NCBI GenBank assembly: GCA_947629725.1
Contig: CANREU010000001.1
Span: 1-40,852 of the forward strand
DNA: 40,852 nucleotides
DNA from: an uncultured Clostridia bacterium
Lineage (GTDB): Bacteria; Bacillota; Clostridia; Christensenellales; Borkfalkiaceae
Direction of reading: 5' to 3'
In this document: positions 8,355 to 16,045 of the stretch, one piece after another
Layout: every line of letters starts with the position of its first letter
Numbering within the stretch: position 1 is the stretch's first letter
Translations under genes and position numbers: made by a program
The notes under the pieces: model-generated
What the model saw: the letters and a program-made list of their open reading frames with translations, nothing else
Databases searched by the model: none
Told to the model about the DNA's origin: nothing

Positions 8355-9923
8355 ATGTTTTTCAAGAAACTATTCAGCCGGTTCGCCTTTGTGGCGCTCA
8401 CCATCATCCTGCTCTTTTTGCTCTACTTCGTGGGGATCGCGGCGGCGGTCGTCCTCTTCTATCTTGCCGTCGTCCGCTTCTTCCCCGAGGCGGGGCCCGC
8501 TCTTCAGCTCGGGCTCTCCGTCGCCTCGTGGCTCACCGTCGCCCTCACCGTTCTCCACATCGTAAACCGCGACATGGTGCCCGAAACCAAGCTCCCGTGG
8601 GTGCTCTGCGTCACCACCCTCAACATCTTCGGGGTGGCGATCTACGTCACCTTCTCCTCCCACCGTCCCTCCCGCCGCGGGCGGCGGATGTACCGCATCC
8701 TGCGGGAACGGGCGGCGCCCTTCGGGCGGCGGGTGTTTGACAAGGAGGAGCTCCGCGAAAAGATGGGGAGATGGTCGGAGGTGAGCGAGGCGCTCTCCGC
8801 CGTCGAGCCCTCCGCCGTCGTGCGGGCGGGCACAAATACCCGCTATCTCTCCTCGGGCGAGCAATTTTTCTCCTCTCTCCTTCAAGACGTCCGCGCCGCG
8901 AAGAAGTTCATCTTCATCGAGACGTTCATCCTCGCGAAGGGAAAGATCTGGACGGAGCTCCTCTCCGCCCTCGAAGAGAAGGTGAAGGAGGGGGTGGAGG
9001 TCCGCCTCATGTACGACGACGTGGGCAGCATGGGCAGGGTGCACTTCCGCTACCACAAGACCCTCCGCAAGAAGGGGATCGACTGCGTGAAATTCAACCC
9101 CTTCGTGCCCGTCGTCACCAACATCCACAACAACCGCGACCACCGCAAGATCGTCGTTATCGACGGCGCCGTGGGCTACACGGGCGGCGCGAACATCGCC
9201 GACGAATACGCCAACGTCACCTCCCCGCACGGGCACTGGAAGGACGGGGCGGTGCGGCTCGAGGGGGAGGCGGTGCGCAATCTCACCCTCCTTTTTCTCA
9301 CCCTCTTCGACATGCAGACGAGGCGGGAGGAGGACTTTTCGCCCTACTTCCCCGAGACGCATATCGAGGGCAGGGGGTTCGTGCAGGTGTACGGCGACGG
9401 GCCGAGCCCCCTCTACGGGCGGCACCTCGCCGAGGACGTCTACCTCAACGTCATCGGCGGCGCGAAGAAGACCCTCTTCATCTCGACGCCCTACCTCATC
9501 ATCGACTACCGCATGCGCGAGGCGCTCGTCCTCGCGGCGCAGAGGGGGGTGGACGTGCGCATCGTCACCCCGCATATCCCCGATAAAAAACTCGTCTTCG
9601 CCCTCACCCGCTCCACTTACAGCGCCCTCCTCAAGGCGGGCGTGAAGATCTTTGAATACACCCCGGGGTTCGTCCACGCCAAGCTCTTTCTCGCGGACGG
9701 AGAGGCGGCGGTCGTGGGGACGGTCAACCTCGACTACCGCTCCTTCCTCTTCCACTTCGAGGACGCGGCGTTTTTGTATGATACGGACGCGGTGGACGGG
9801 GTCGCGGCGGACTTTGAAGAGATGTTCTCCGTCTCGGAGGAACAGACGGCGGAGGGCTCGAAAAAGAATATCTTCTGGCGGGGCGTGTGCGAGCTCATCA
9901 AGCTCTTCGCACCGCTGTTTTGA
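8355..9923 (+). CDS. cls: cardiolipin synthase
   Basis: Two N-terminal TM helices. Two HKD motifs (HRKIVVIDGAVGYTGGANI and HAKLFLADGEAAVVGTVNLDYRS). ATG 8355 was preferred over the ORF start at 8262, which overlaps trmL. Confidence 0.9.
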   Translation: MFFKKLFSRFAFVALTIILLFLLYFVGIAAAVVLFYLAVVRFFPEAGPALQLGLSVASWLTVALTVLHIVNRDMVPETKLPWVLCVTTLNIFGVAIYVTFSSHRPSRRGRRMYRILRERAAPFGRRVFDKEELREKMGRWSEVSEALSAVEPSAVVRAGTNTRYLSSGEQFFSSLLQDVRAAKKFIFIETFILAKGKIWTELLSALEEKVKEGVEVRLMYDDVGSMGRVHFRYHKTLRKKGIDCVKFNPFVPVVTNIHNNRDHRKIVVIDGAVGYTGGANIADEYANVTSPHGHWKDGAVRLEGEAVRNLTLLFLTLFDMQTRREEDFSPYFPETHIEGRGFVQVYGDGPSPLYGRHLAEDVYLNVIGGAKKTLFISTPYLIIDYRMREALVLAAQRGVDVRIVTPHIPDKKLVFALTRSTYSALLKAGVKIFEYTPGFVHAKLFLADGEAAVVGTVNLDYRSFLFHFEDAAFLYDTDAVDGVAADFEEMFSVSEEQTAEGSKKNIFWRGVCELIKLFAPLF

Positions 9924-9932
9924 GGAGGGAAC

Positions 9933-10184
9933 ATGATCCATTCCATGAGCGGCGGGGTCCTTTCGGACGGCTCCGTCTACACCTTTGCGAAGGTGGAAGC
10001 GGGCGGCGTGCCCCGCTGGTACCTCGCCCCCTTCCCCGTCTCGGAGGGAATGAAGGTCGTCGTCCCCTGCGGGCGGGAGCTTGCGGAGGGGACGGTCGTC
10101 CGCGTCGAGACTTGCACGCGGCAGACGGCGCCCGTTCCCGTCTCCCGCGCACAAGAACTTGCGGGATATGCGCAAAAGGGTTGA
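9933..10184 (+). CDS. small hypothetical protein (83 aa)
   Basis: Strong GAGGAGGG RBS 5 nt before the ATG. Operonic with cls. Codon usage is like the neighbouring genes. I cannot name a family. Confidence 0.55.
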   Translation: MIHSMSGGVLSDGSVYTFAKVEAGGVPRWYLAPFPVSEGMKVVVPCGRELAEGTVVRVETCTRQTAPVPVSRAQELAGYAQKG

Positions 10185-10209
10185 CAAGATCTTTCCGGCG
10201 CGGTATAAT
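10181..10209 (+). promoter_or_regulatory. sigmaA-type promoter driving the Mn riboswitch leader
   Basis: TTGACA (10181-10186), 17-nt spacer, TATAAT (10204-10209). The -35 overlaps the stop codon of the preceding ORF. Confidence 0.75.
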
Positions 10210-10218
10210 AAGTAAAGT

Positions 10219-10308
10219 CGTAGGGGAGTAATCGGCCCGCAAGGGCGGTATCGTCCACATTCTGCGGAACATTTCCGCGGGCGCTATCACAAAACGGTGA
10301 GACTTACG
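10219..10308 (+). promoter_or_regulatory. yybP-ykoY-type Mn2+ riboswitch aptamer (candidate)
   Basis: P1 strands CGUAGG (10219-10224) and CUUACG (10303-10308). GGAGUA follows the 5' P1 strand and GAGA precedes the 3' strand, as in the L. lactis yybP-ykoY RNA. Internal hairpins GCCC-GCAA-GGGC and GCGGAA-CAU-UUCCGC, and an ACAU element. The next gene downstream is mntP. Confidence 0.7.
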
Positions 10309-10340
10309 CACGGTTTTTTCCGTGCGCAAGTCTTTTTTCT
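10307..10340 (+). terminator. riboswitch expression-platform terminator
   Basis: CGCACGG-TTTTTT-CCGTGCG followed by CAAGTCTTTTTTCTT. The 5' arm overlaps the 3' P1 strand of the aptamer. Confidence 0.75.
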
Positions 10341-10354
10341 TACGGCACCCCATT

Positions 10355-10790
10355 CCTTATAAGAGCACCCCCCACCCTGCCCTCCCCCCTCAAGTATAAG
10401 GGGGGAGGCAAGAGGGCGGGCGACGCCCCCTCAAGTATAAGGGGGGAGGCAAGAGGGCGGGCGACGCCCTCCCCTCAAACAAGGGAGGCGGTGAGAGCCG
10501 TAAATCGGGGCGTGCGAAAAAGCAAACCCCCTGCCTTTGGCGGGGGGACTAAGGGGGGTGCCTCCCCAAGTATAAGGGGGAAGGCGAGAGCGAACGCCCT
10601 GCCCCCTCCATAGGAGGGGGTGTCCCGCAGGGACGAGGGTGGGCATGCCCGATCGCCGTCCCACCCCCTGCCCCCCCCTCACGTAGGGGGAGGGCATGCC
10701 CGCAAGAGGGGAAGCGCCCCTGTTTCTTGCCCTCCCCCATATTGTCCGCAATATGGGGGAGGGGTAGGGGAGGGGGCGAACCGCAATCCA
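10355..10790. repeat. mosaic hairpin-repeat cluster C, inside the mntP leader
   Basis: Inverted-orientation copies of cluster A/B modules (10381-10408, 10513-10560, 10602-10620, 10671-10694). A 41-nt tandem duplication (10386-10426 and 10427-10467). A 14-bp-stem variant hairpin at 10730-10763. Confidence 0.9.
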
Positions 10791-10806
10791 CCAGAAGGAG
10801 GAAATC

Positions 10807-11391
10807 ATGTCGATTTGGGAGATCGCACTCATCGGCATCGCGCTCGCGATGGACGCCTGCGCCGTCGGTATGACGGACGGCATGGCGGAGCCGCGCATGT
10901 CCGCCGCAAAGGCGCTTTTGATCGCGGGGACGTTCGCCCTCTTTCAAGCGGGCATGCCCCTCTTGGGGTACTATTGCGGCGCCGCCTTTTCCTCCCTCGT
11001 CGCAAAGATCGCCCCCTACCTCTCCTTTGCGGTCCTCACGGCGATCGGCGGGAAGTCGGCCGTCGAATACTTCCGCGGGAGGGGAAAGAGGGAGACCTTC
11101 TCCCCCCGCGCTCCCCTCGGGGCAGGGAAACTCCTAGTGCAGGCAGTCGCGACCTCGATCGACGCGCTCGCCGTCGGGGTCACCCTCCTCGCGGCGGAGA
11201 CGGAGGGCGGGCTCCCCTTCCACGTCCTCTTCTGCGCCGCCGTCATCGGCGCCGTCACCTTCGTTCTCTCGGCGGGCTCGGTGCTCGTCGGCAAAAAGGC
11301 GGGGGACGCCCTCGCGGGCAAGGCGGAGCTCGCGGGGGGGATCATCCTCATCGCCATCGGCGTAAAACTCCTCCTCGAGGGGGTTCTTTGA
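10807..11391 (+). CDS. mntP: manganese efflux pump MntP
   Basis: Two DUF204-type repeats with the AMDACAVGM and SIDALAVGV motifs. About six TM segments. GGAGGA RBS. Confidence 0.9.
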   Translation: MSIWEIALIGIALAMDACAVGMTDGMAEPRMSAAKALLIAGTFALFQAGMPLLGYYCGAAFSSLVAKIAPYLSFAVLTAIGGKSAVEYFRGRGKRETFSPRAPLGAGKLLVQAVATSIDALAVGVTLLAAETEGGLPFHVLFCAAVIGAVTFVLSAGSVLVGKKAGDALAGKAELAGGIILIAIGVKLLLEGVL

Positions 11392-11412
11392 GCGGAAAGG
11401 GGGCGGGAACGC

Positions 11413-11441
11413 TTGACATTTCGCCCGTTTCATGGTAGCAT
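11413..11441 (+). promoter_or_regulatory. sigmaA-type promoter (extended -10) of the second Mn riboswitch leader
   Basis: TTGACA (11413-11418), 17-nt spacer containing TG at 11433-11434, then TAGCAT (11436-11441). Confidence 0.65.
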
Positions 11442-11450
11442 GAAAGAAGA

Positions 11451-11545
11451 CGGGAGGGAGTAGTCCGCGCGCCGCGGCAACATACCCCGGGCAGCTTGCC
11501 CGTGTCGCGGCGGCCCGACGAAGTTTCGGGTGACGAGACTTTCGC
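11451..11545 (+). promoter_or_regulatory. second yybP-ykoY-type Mn2+ riboswitch (candidate)
   Basis: GGGAGUAG (11456-11463), ACAUA (11480-11484) and GACGAGACUUUCG (11533-11544). Three internal hairpins (CCGCG/CGCGG, CGGGCA/UGCCCG, CCCGA/UCGGG). CUUUC can alternatively pair with GAAAG next to the RBS. Confidence 0.6.
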
Positions 11546-11570
11546 ATTCTGTGAAAGGCGGAGCTCGGGT

Positions 11571-12548
11571 ATGGGTCGGACGATCGTTCTTGCGGTTCTC
11601 ATGTTGATAGCGGGGCTTGTCCTCCTCGTGAAGGGGGCGGACTTCCTCGTGGACGGCGCCTCGGGGCTGGCGGCGCGCATGCGCGTCCCCGCCCTCGTCG
11701 TGGGGCTCACGGTGGTCGCGTTCGGAACGAGCGCACCCGAGCTCGCCGTCTCCGTCGCCGCGGCGATCCGCGGCTCTACCGACCTTGCGGTCGGCAACGT
11801 CGTCGGGAGCAACATCTGCAACATCCTCCTCATCCTCGGCGTCGCCTCCCTCATCCGCCCTCTCCCCGTGCGGAAAAATTCCTTCCGCCTCGATATTCCC
11901 GTCCTTCTCCTCGCGTCCGTCCTTCTTGTGGCGCTCGGCGCGTGGGGGGAGCGGCTCGACTGGTGGGACGGGCTCATCATGCTCGCCGTCTTCGCGGTGT
12001 ATATGACGGTCCTCATCGCCGGCGCCCTCAAAAAGAAGGAGGCCCCTCCCGCAGTGCCGCCCCAGACGGGGCTCTATGCCCGCCTCAAGAAAAAGATCTG
12101 GTTCCTTATCCTCCTCACGATAGGGGGGATCGCCGCCGTCGCGCTCGGCGGGTCTCTCCTCGTGCGGGGGGCGACGGACATCGCGGCCGTGCTCTCCGTC
12201 CCGCAGGACGTCATCGGGCTCACGGTCGTCGCCATCGGCACCTCCCTCCCCGAACTCGTCACCTCGGCGGTGGCGGCCAAGAAGGGGGAGACGGACATCG
12301 CCGTGGGCAACGTCCTCGGCAGCAACGTCTTCAATATCTTTCTGGTGGCGGGGGTCTCCTCCCTCTTCCACCCGCTCGCCTTCACGGTGGGGGAGAACCT
12401 CATCGACGGGCTCGTCGCCCTCGCCGCCGTCCTTCTCCTCCTCTTCTGCGCGATGGCTTCGAGGGGGAAAGTGAAGCGGTGGGCGGGAGCCGTCATGCTC
12501 CTCTCGTTCGTCGGCTACTATGTGTATCTCTTCCTTGCAAGACTATAA
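11571..12548 (+). CDS. calcium/sodium (CaCA family, YrbG-like) antiporter
   Basis: Two alpha-repeats, GTSAPEL and GTSLPEL. About ten TM segments. ATG 11571 was chosen because upstream residues of ORF 11496 lie in the riboswitch. Confidence 0.85.
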   Translation: MGRTIVLAVLMLIAGLVLLVKGADFLVDGASGLAARMRVPALVVGLTVVAFGTSAPELAVSVAAAIRGSTDLAVGNVVGSNICNILLILGVASLIRPLPVRKNSFRLDIPVLLLASVLLVALGAWGERLDWWDGLIMLAVFAVYMTVLIAGALKKKEAPPAVPPQTGLYARLKKKIWFLILLTIGGIAAVALGGSLLVRGATDIAAVLSVPQDVIGLTVVAIGTSLPELVTSAVAAKKGETDIAVGNVLGSNVFNIFLVAGVSSLFHPLAFTVGENLIDGLVALAAVLLLLFCAMASRGKVKRWAGAVMLLSFVGYYVYLFLARL

Positions 12549-12557
12549 GGAGTTCGT

Positions 12558-14273
12558 TTGAAACATCTCTTCGCCTGTCTCAAAAAATATCGTGCCGAAG
12601 CGATCCTCGCCCCGCTCTTCAAGCTCTGCGAGGTCGTGTTGGAGCTCCTTGTGCCCCTCGCGGTCGCGGAGATCGCGCGGGTCGGCACGGCGGGGGAGGG
12701 GGACATTTCCTATATCGTAAAGGGCTGTCTCGTCCTCGTCGCGTTCGGCGCGGCGGGACTTCTTTTTGCCCTCACGGCGCAATATTTCGCGGCGAAAGCG
12801 GCGGTGGGGGTCTCCTCCGCCCTCCGCGAAAGGCTCTTTGTCAAGCTCCAATCCCTCTCCTTCCCGCAGATCGACGGGCTCGGCACGCCCGCCATGCTCA
12901 ACCGCATCACGAGCGACGTCAACGGAGTGCAGTCGGGGGTGAACATGACCCTCCGCATCCTCCTCCGCTCTCCCTTCGTGGTGTTCGGCGCGATGGCGAT
13001 GGCGTTCGTCGTCGACCCCGTGGCGGGGTGTGTGTTCGCGGGGATGATCCCCGTCCTCCTCATCGTCGTGTTCGCCGTGATGGCGGCAACGGCCCCCCTC
13101 TACCGCAACGTGCAGCGGGACCTCGACGGCGTGTATTCCTCCACCCGCGAAAATCTTGCGGGGGTGCGCGTCGTGCGCGCCTTCCGGAGGGAGGGGGCGG
13201 AGCGGGAGCTCTTCTCCTCGCGGGCGGAAAAACTCAAAAATGCCCAAAAGAAGGCGGGACGGGTCGCGGCGGTCAGCGCTCCTCTCACCTTTGCGATCGT
13301 CAACGCCGCCGCCATTCTTCTCGTGTACGCGGGCGGCCTGCGGGTGGAGATCGGCGCCCTCACGCAGGAGGACATGATGGCGCTCTACGGCTATCTCTCC
13401 CTCGTGCTCGTCGAACTCATCAAGCTCGCGAACCTCATCGTCACCGTCTCGCGCGCGGTCGCCTGCCAAAAGCGGGTGGGTGCCGTGCTCGATCTTCCCC
13501 CCGAGCCCTCCGTGCTCTCCGCGCCCGATAAAAAGGAGGACGGGTACGCCGTCTCCTTTGAAAACGTGGAGTTTTCCTACGCGGGCGGCGGGGCTCCCGT
13601 CCTGAAAAACATCACCTTCTCGGTGAAGGAGGGGGAGACGGTGGGCGTCCTCGGCGGCACGGGCTCGGGGAAGAGCACGCTCATAAGCCTTCTTCCCCGC
13701 TTCTATGCGGCGACGAAGGGGACGGTGCGCGTCGGTGGCGAAAACGTGAACGGCGTGCCCTATGAAGTGCTCCGCGAGAAGATCGCGGTCGTCCCCCAAA
13801 GATCCGTCCTTTTCCGCGGCACCATCCGCGAAAACTTGCAATGGGGTAGAAAAAATGCGACGGACGAAGAGCTTCTTGCCGCATGCAAGGCGGCACAGGC
13901 GCTCGACGTTTTGGAGGCGAAGGGGGGGCTGGACGGCACGGTCGAGCAGGAGGGGCGGAACCTCTCGGGCGGGCAGAAACAGCGGCTCGCCATCGCCCGC
14001 GCCCTCGTGAAGGATCCCGAGATCCTCATCCTCGACGACTCCGCCTCCGCCCTCGACTACGCGACGGACGCCCGCCTCCGCGCCTCCCTCAAGGAGCGGA
14101 AGGGGACGACGTTCATCGTCTCCCAGCGGGCGGCTTCCCTCATGCACGCCGACCTCATCCTCGTCCTCGACGACGGCAAGATCGTCGGCGCGGGCACCCA
14201 CGAAGAGCTCCTCTCCCGTTGCGGGCTCTACCGTGAAATTTACCGTACCCAATTCAAGGAGGAAGAGGCATGA
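12558..14273 (+). CDS. ABC exporter, fused permease/ATPase subunit 1
   Basis: TTG start 5 nt after an AAGGAG RBS. Six-TM exporter domain. Walker A GGTGSGKST, signature LSGGQKQRLAIARAL, Walker B ILILDDSAS. Confidence 0.9.
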   Translation: MKHLFACLKKYRAEAILAPLFKLCEVVLELLVPLAVAEIARVGTAGEGDISYIVKGCLVLVAFGAAGLLFALTAQYFAAKAAVGVSSALRERLFVKLQSLSFPQIDGLGTPAMLNRITSDVNGVQSGVNMTLRILLRSPFVVFGAMAMAFVVDPVAGCVFAGMIPVLLIVVFAVMAATAPLYRNVQRDLDGVYSSTRENLAGVRVVRAFRREGAERELFSSRAEKLKNAQKKAGRVAAVSAPLTFAIVNAAAILLVYAGGLRVEIGALTQEDMMALYGYLSLVLVELIKLANLIVTVSRAVACQKRVGAVLDLPPEPSVLSAPDKKEDGYAVSFENVEFSYAGGGAPVLKNITFSVKEGETVGVLGGTGSGKSTLISLLPRFYAATKGTVRVGGENVNGVPYEVLREKIAVVPQRSVLFRGTIRENLQWGRKNATDEELLAACKAAQALDVLEAKGGLDGTVEQEGRNLSGGQKQRLAIARALVKDPEILILDDSASALDYATDARLRASLKERKGTTFIVSQRAASLMHADLILVLDDGKIVGAGTHEELLSRCGLYREIYRTQFKEEEA

Positions 14274-16009
14274 AGGGGAGCAAGATGAAAACCTTAAAGC
14301 GCATCTTCTCCTATGCAAGGGGGGAGACGGCGCTCTTTGTCCTCGTCCTTCTCCTCTCCGTGCTCGTCTCGGCGGGGCAGCTCGCCGTGCCCTTCCTCGT
14401 GGGCAGCGCCATCGACTGCCTCGGGGAGAATGTTTCCGCTCTCAACCGGTACTTCATCGCGATCGGCGCATGCGTGGCGGCGACGGGGGTCGCCCAGTGG
14501 TTTTTGTCGGCGGCGGGCAACCGCGTCGTCTACCATATCCTCTGTTCGGTGCGGAAAGACGCCTTCTCGAAGATCTCCCGCCTGCCTCTATCCTATCTCG
14601 ACTCCCGCCCCTTCGGGGAGACGGCGAGCGTCATCATCTCGGACGCGGAGCAGTTTTCGGAGGGGCTCCTCCTCGCCTTCAACCAGCTCTTCACGGGGCT
14701 CTCCGCCATCGTGGGCGTGCTCGGCGTAATGCTCGCCCTCCGCTGGGAGATCGCCCTCATCGTCTTCTGCATTACGCCCGTCTCCTTCTTCGCGGCGCGC
14801 TTCATCGCCTTGAGTACCTACCGCACCTTCCGCAAGCAGTCGGAGGTGCGCGCCGACCAGACCGCCTTCCTCGACGAGGCGGTGGCGGGTCTCAAAGTCG
14901 TGAAGGCGTACTCCCACGAGGGGGAGAACGAGGAGGTGTTCCGCGCGGGCAACGAGAACTACCGCAAGGTCTCCTTAAAGGCCGTCTTCCTCTCCTCTAC
15001 GACCAACCCCACCACCCGCTTCATCAACGCCCTCGTCTACGCGGCGGTCGCCCTCGCGGGGTGCATCTTCGTGATCACCACGGCGGGCGCGGCCGTGCCC
15101 TTCACAGTGGGGCGGCTCACCACCTTCCTCTCCTACGCCAACCAATACACCAAGCCCTTCAACGAGATCTCCGAGGTGGCGGCGGAATTCCAGAACGCTC
15201 TCGCTTGCGCGGAGCGGCTGTTTGCCCTCATCGGGGAGGAAGAGGAGCCCCCGGACGAAGATCTTCCCGCCCTCGGCGAGGCGGAGGGGGAGGTCGCCTT
15301 AAAAGAGGTCACCTTCTCCTACTCCCCCGAAAAGAAACTCATCGAGGGGCTCTCCCTTACGGCGGGCGCGGGGAAGCGGATCGCCATCGTCGGTCCCACG
15401 GGGTGCGGCAAAACGACCCTCGTCAACCTCCTCATGCGCTTTTACGACGTGCAGGGCGGGGCGGTGGAGGTGGATGGAAAGGACGTTCGCTCGGTCACCC
15501 GCGCCTCCCTCCGCGAAAATTACGGCATGGTGTTGCAGGAAACTTGGCTCAAAGAGGGGACGGTGCGCGAAAACCTGTGCATGGGCGCCCCCGATTGCAC
15601 GGAGGAGGAGATGGTCGCGGCGGCGAAAGCGGCGCACTGCCACTCCTTCATCATGCGCCTCCCGCAGGGGTACGACACGGTGCTGAAAGGGGAGGGCTCT
15701 CTCTCGCAGGGGCAGAAGCAGCTCCTCTGCATCGCCCGCGTGATGCTCTGCCGCCCGCCCATGCTCATCCTCGACGAGGCGACGAGCTCCATCGACACCC
15801 GCACCGAGCGGCTCGTGCAGGACGCGTTCGCCCGCCTCATGCAGGGGAGGACGTGCTTTGTCGTCGCCCACAGGCTCTCCACCATCGAGACGGCGGACCT
15901 CATCGTCGTGATGAGGGCGGGGAGCATCGTGGAGCAGGGTACGCACGGGGAACTCCTCGCAAAGGGCGGCTTCTACGCCGAACTTTACAGGGCGCAATTT
16001 GCGGGATGA
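14270..16009 (+). CDS. ABC exporter, fused permease/ATPase subunit 2
   Basis: ATGA overlap with subunit 1 and an AAGGAGG RBS. Walker A GPTGCGKTT, signature LSQGQKQLLCIARVM, Walker B MLILDEATSS. Confidence 0.9.
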   Translation: MKGSKMKTLKRIFSYARGETALFVLVLLLSVLVSAGQLAVPFLVGSAIDCLGENVSALNRYFIAIGACVAATGVAQWFLSAAGNRVVYHILCSVRKDAFSKISRLPLSYLDSRPFGETASVIISDAEQFSEGLLLAFNQLFTGLSAIVGVLGVMLALRWEIALIVFCITPVSFFAARFIALSTYRTFRKQSEVRADQTAFLDEAVAGLKVVKAYSHEGENEEVFRAGNENYRKVSLKAVFLSSTTNPTTRFINALVYAAVALAGCIFVITTAGAAVPFTVGRLTTFLSYANQYTKPFNEISEVAAEFQNALACAERLFALIGEEEEPPDEDLPALGEAEGEVALKEVTFSYSPEKKLIEGLSLTAGAGKRIAIVGPTGCGKTTLVNLLMRFYDVQGGAVEVDGKDVRSVTRASLRENYGMVLQETWLKEGTVRENLCMGAPDCTEEEMVAAAKAAHCHSFIMRLPQGYDTVLKGEGSLSQGQKQLLCIARVMLCRPPMLILDEATSSIDTRTERLVQDAFARLMQGRTCFVVAHRLSTIETADLIVVMRAGSIVEQGTHGELLAKGGFYAELYRAQFAG

Positions 16010-16045
16010 TTGCATTTTTCCGGAAAAGGTGATAGAATTACGGAG

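Noticed and set aside
8370-10187. 605-aa ORF on the minus strand
   Set aside because: It is antisense to cardiolipin synthase, which has both HKD motifs in the + frame. The composition is dominated by R/G/E/D/P runs.
16010-16045. TTG 16010 as the ClC start codon
   Set aside because: It abuts the ABC stop and has no RBS. ATG 16046 has an ACGGAG RBS, and the extra 12 residues add nothing recognisable. Retained only as an alternative.
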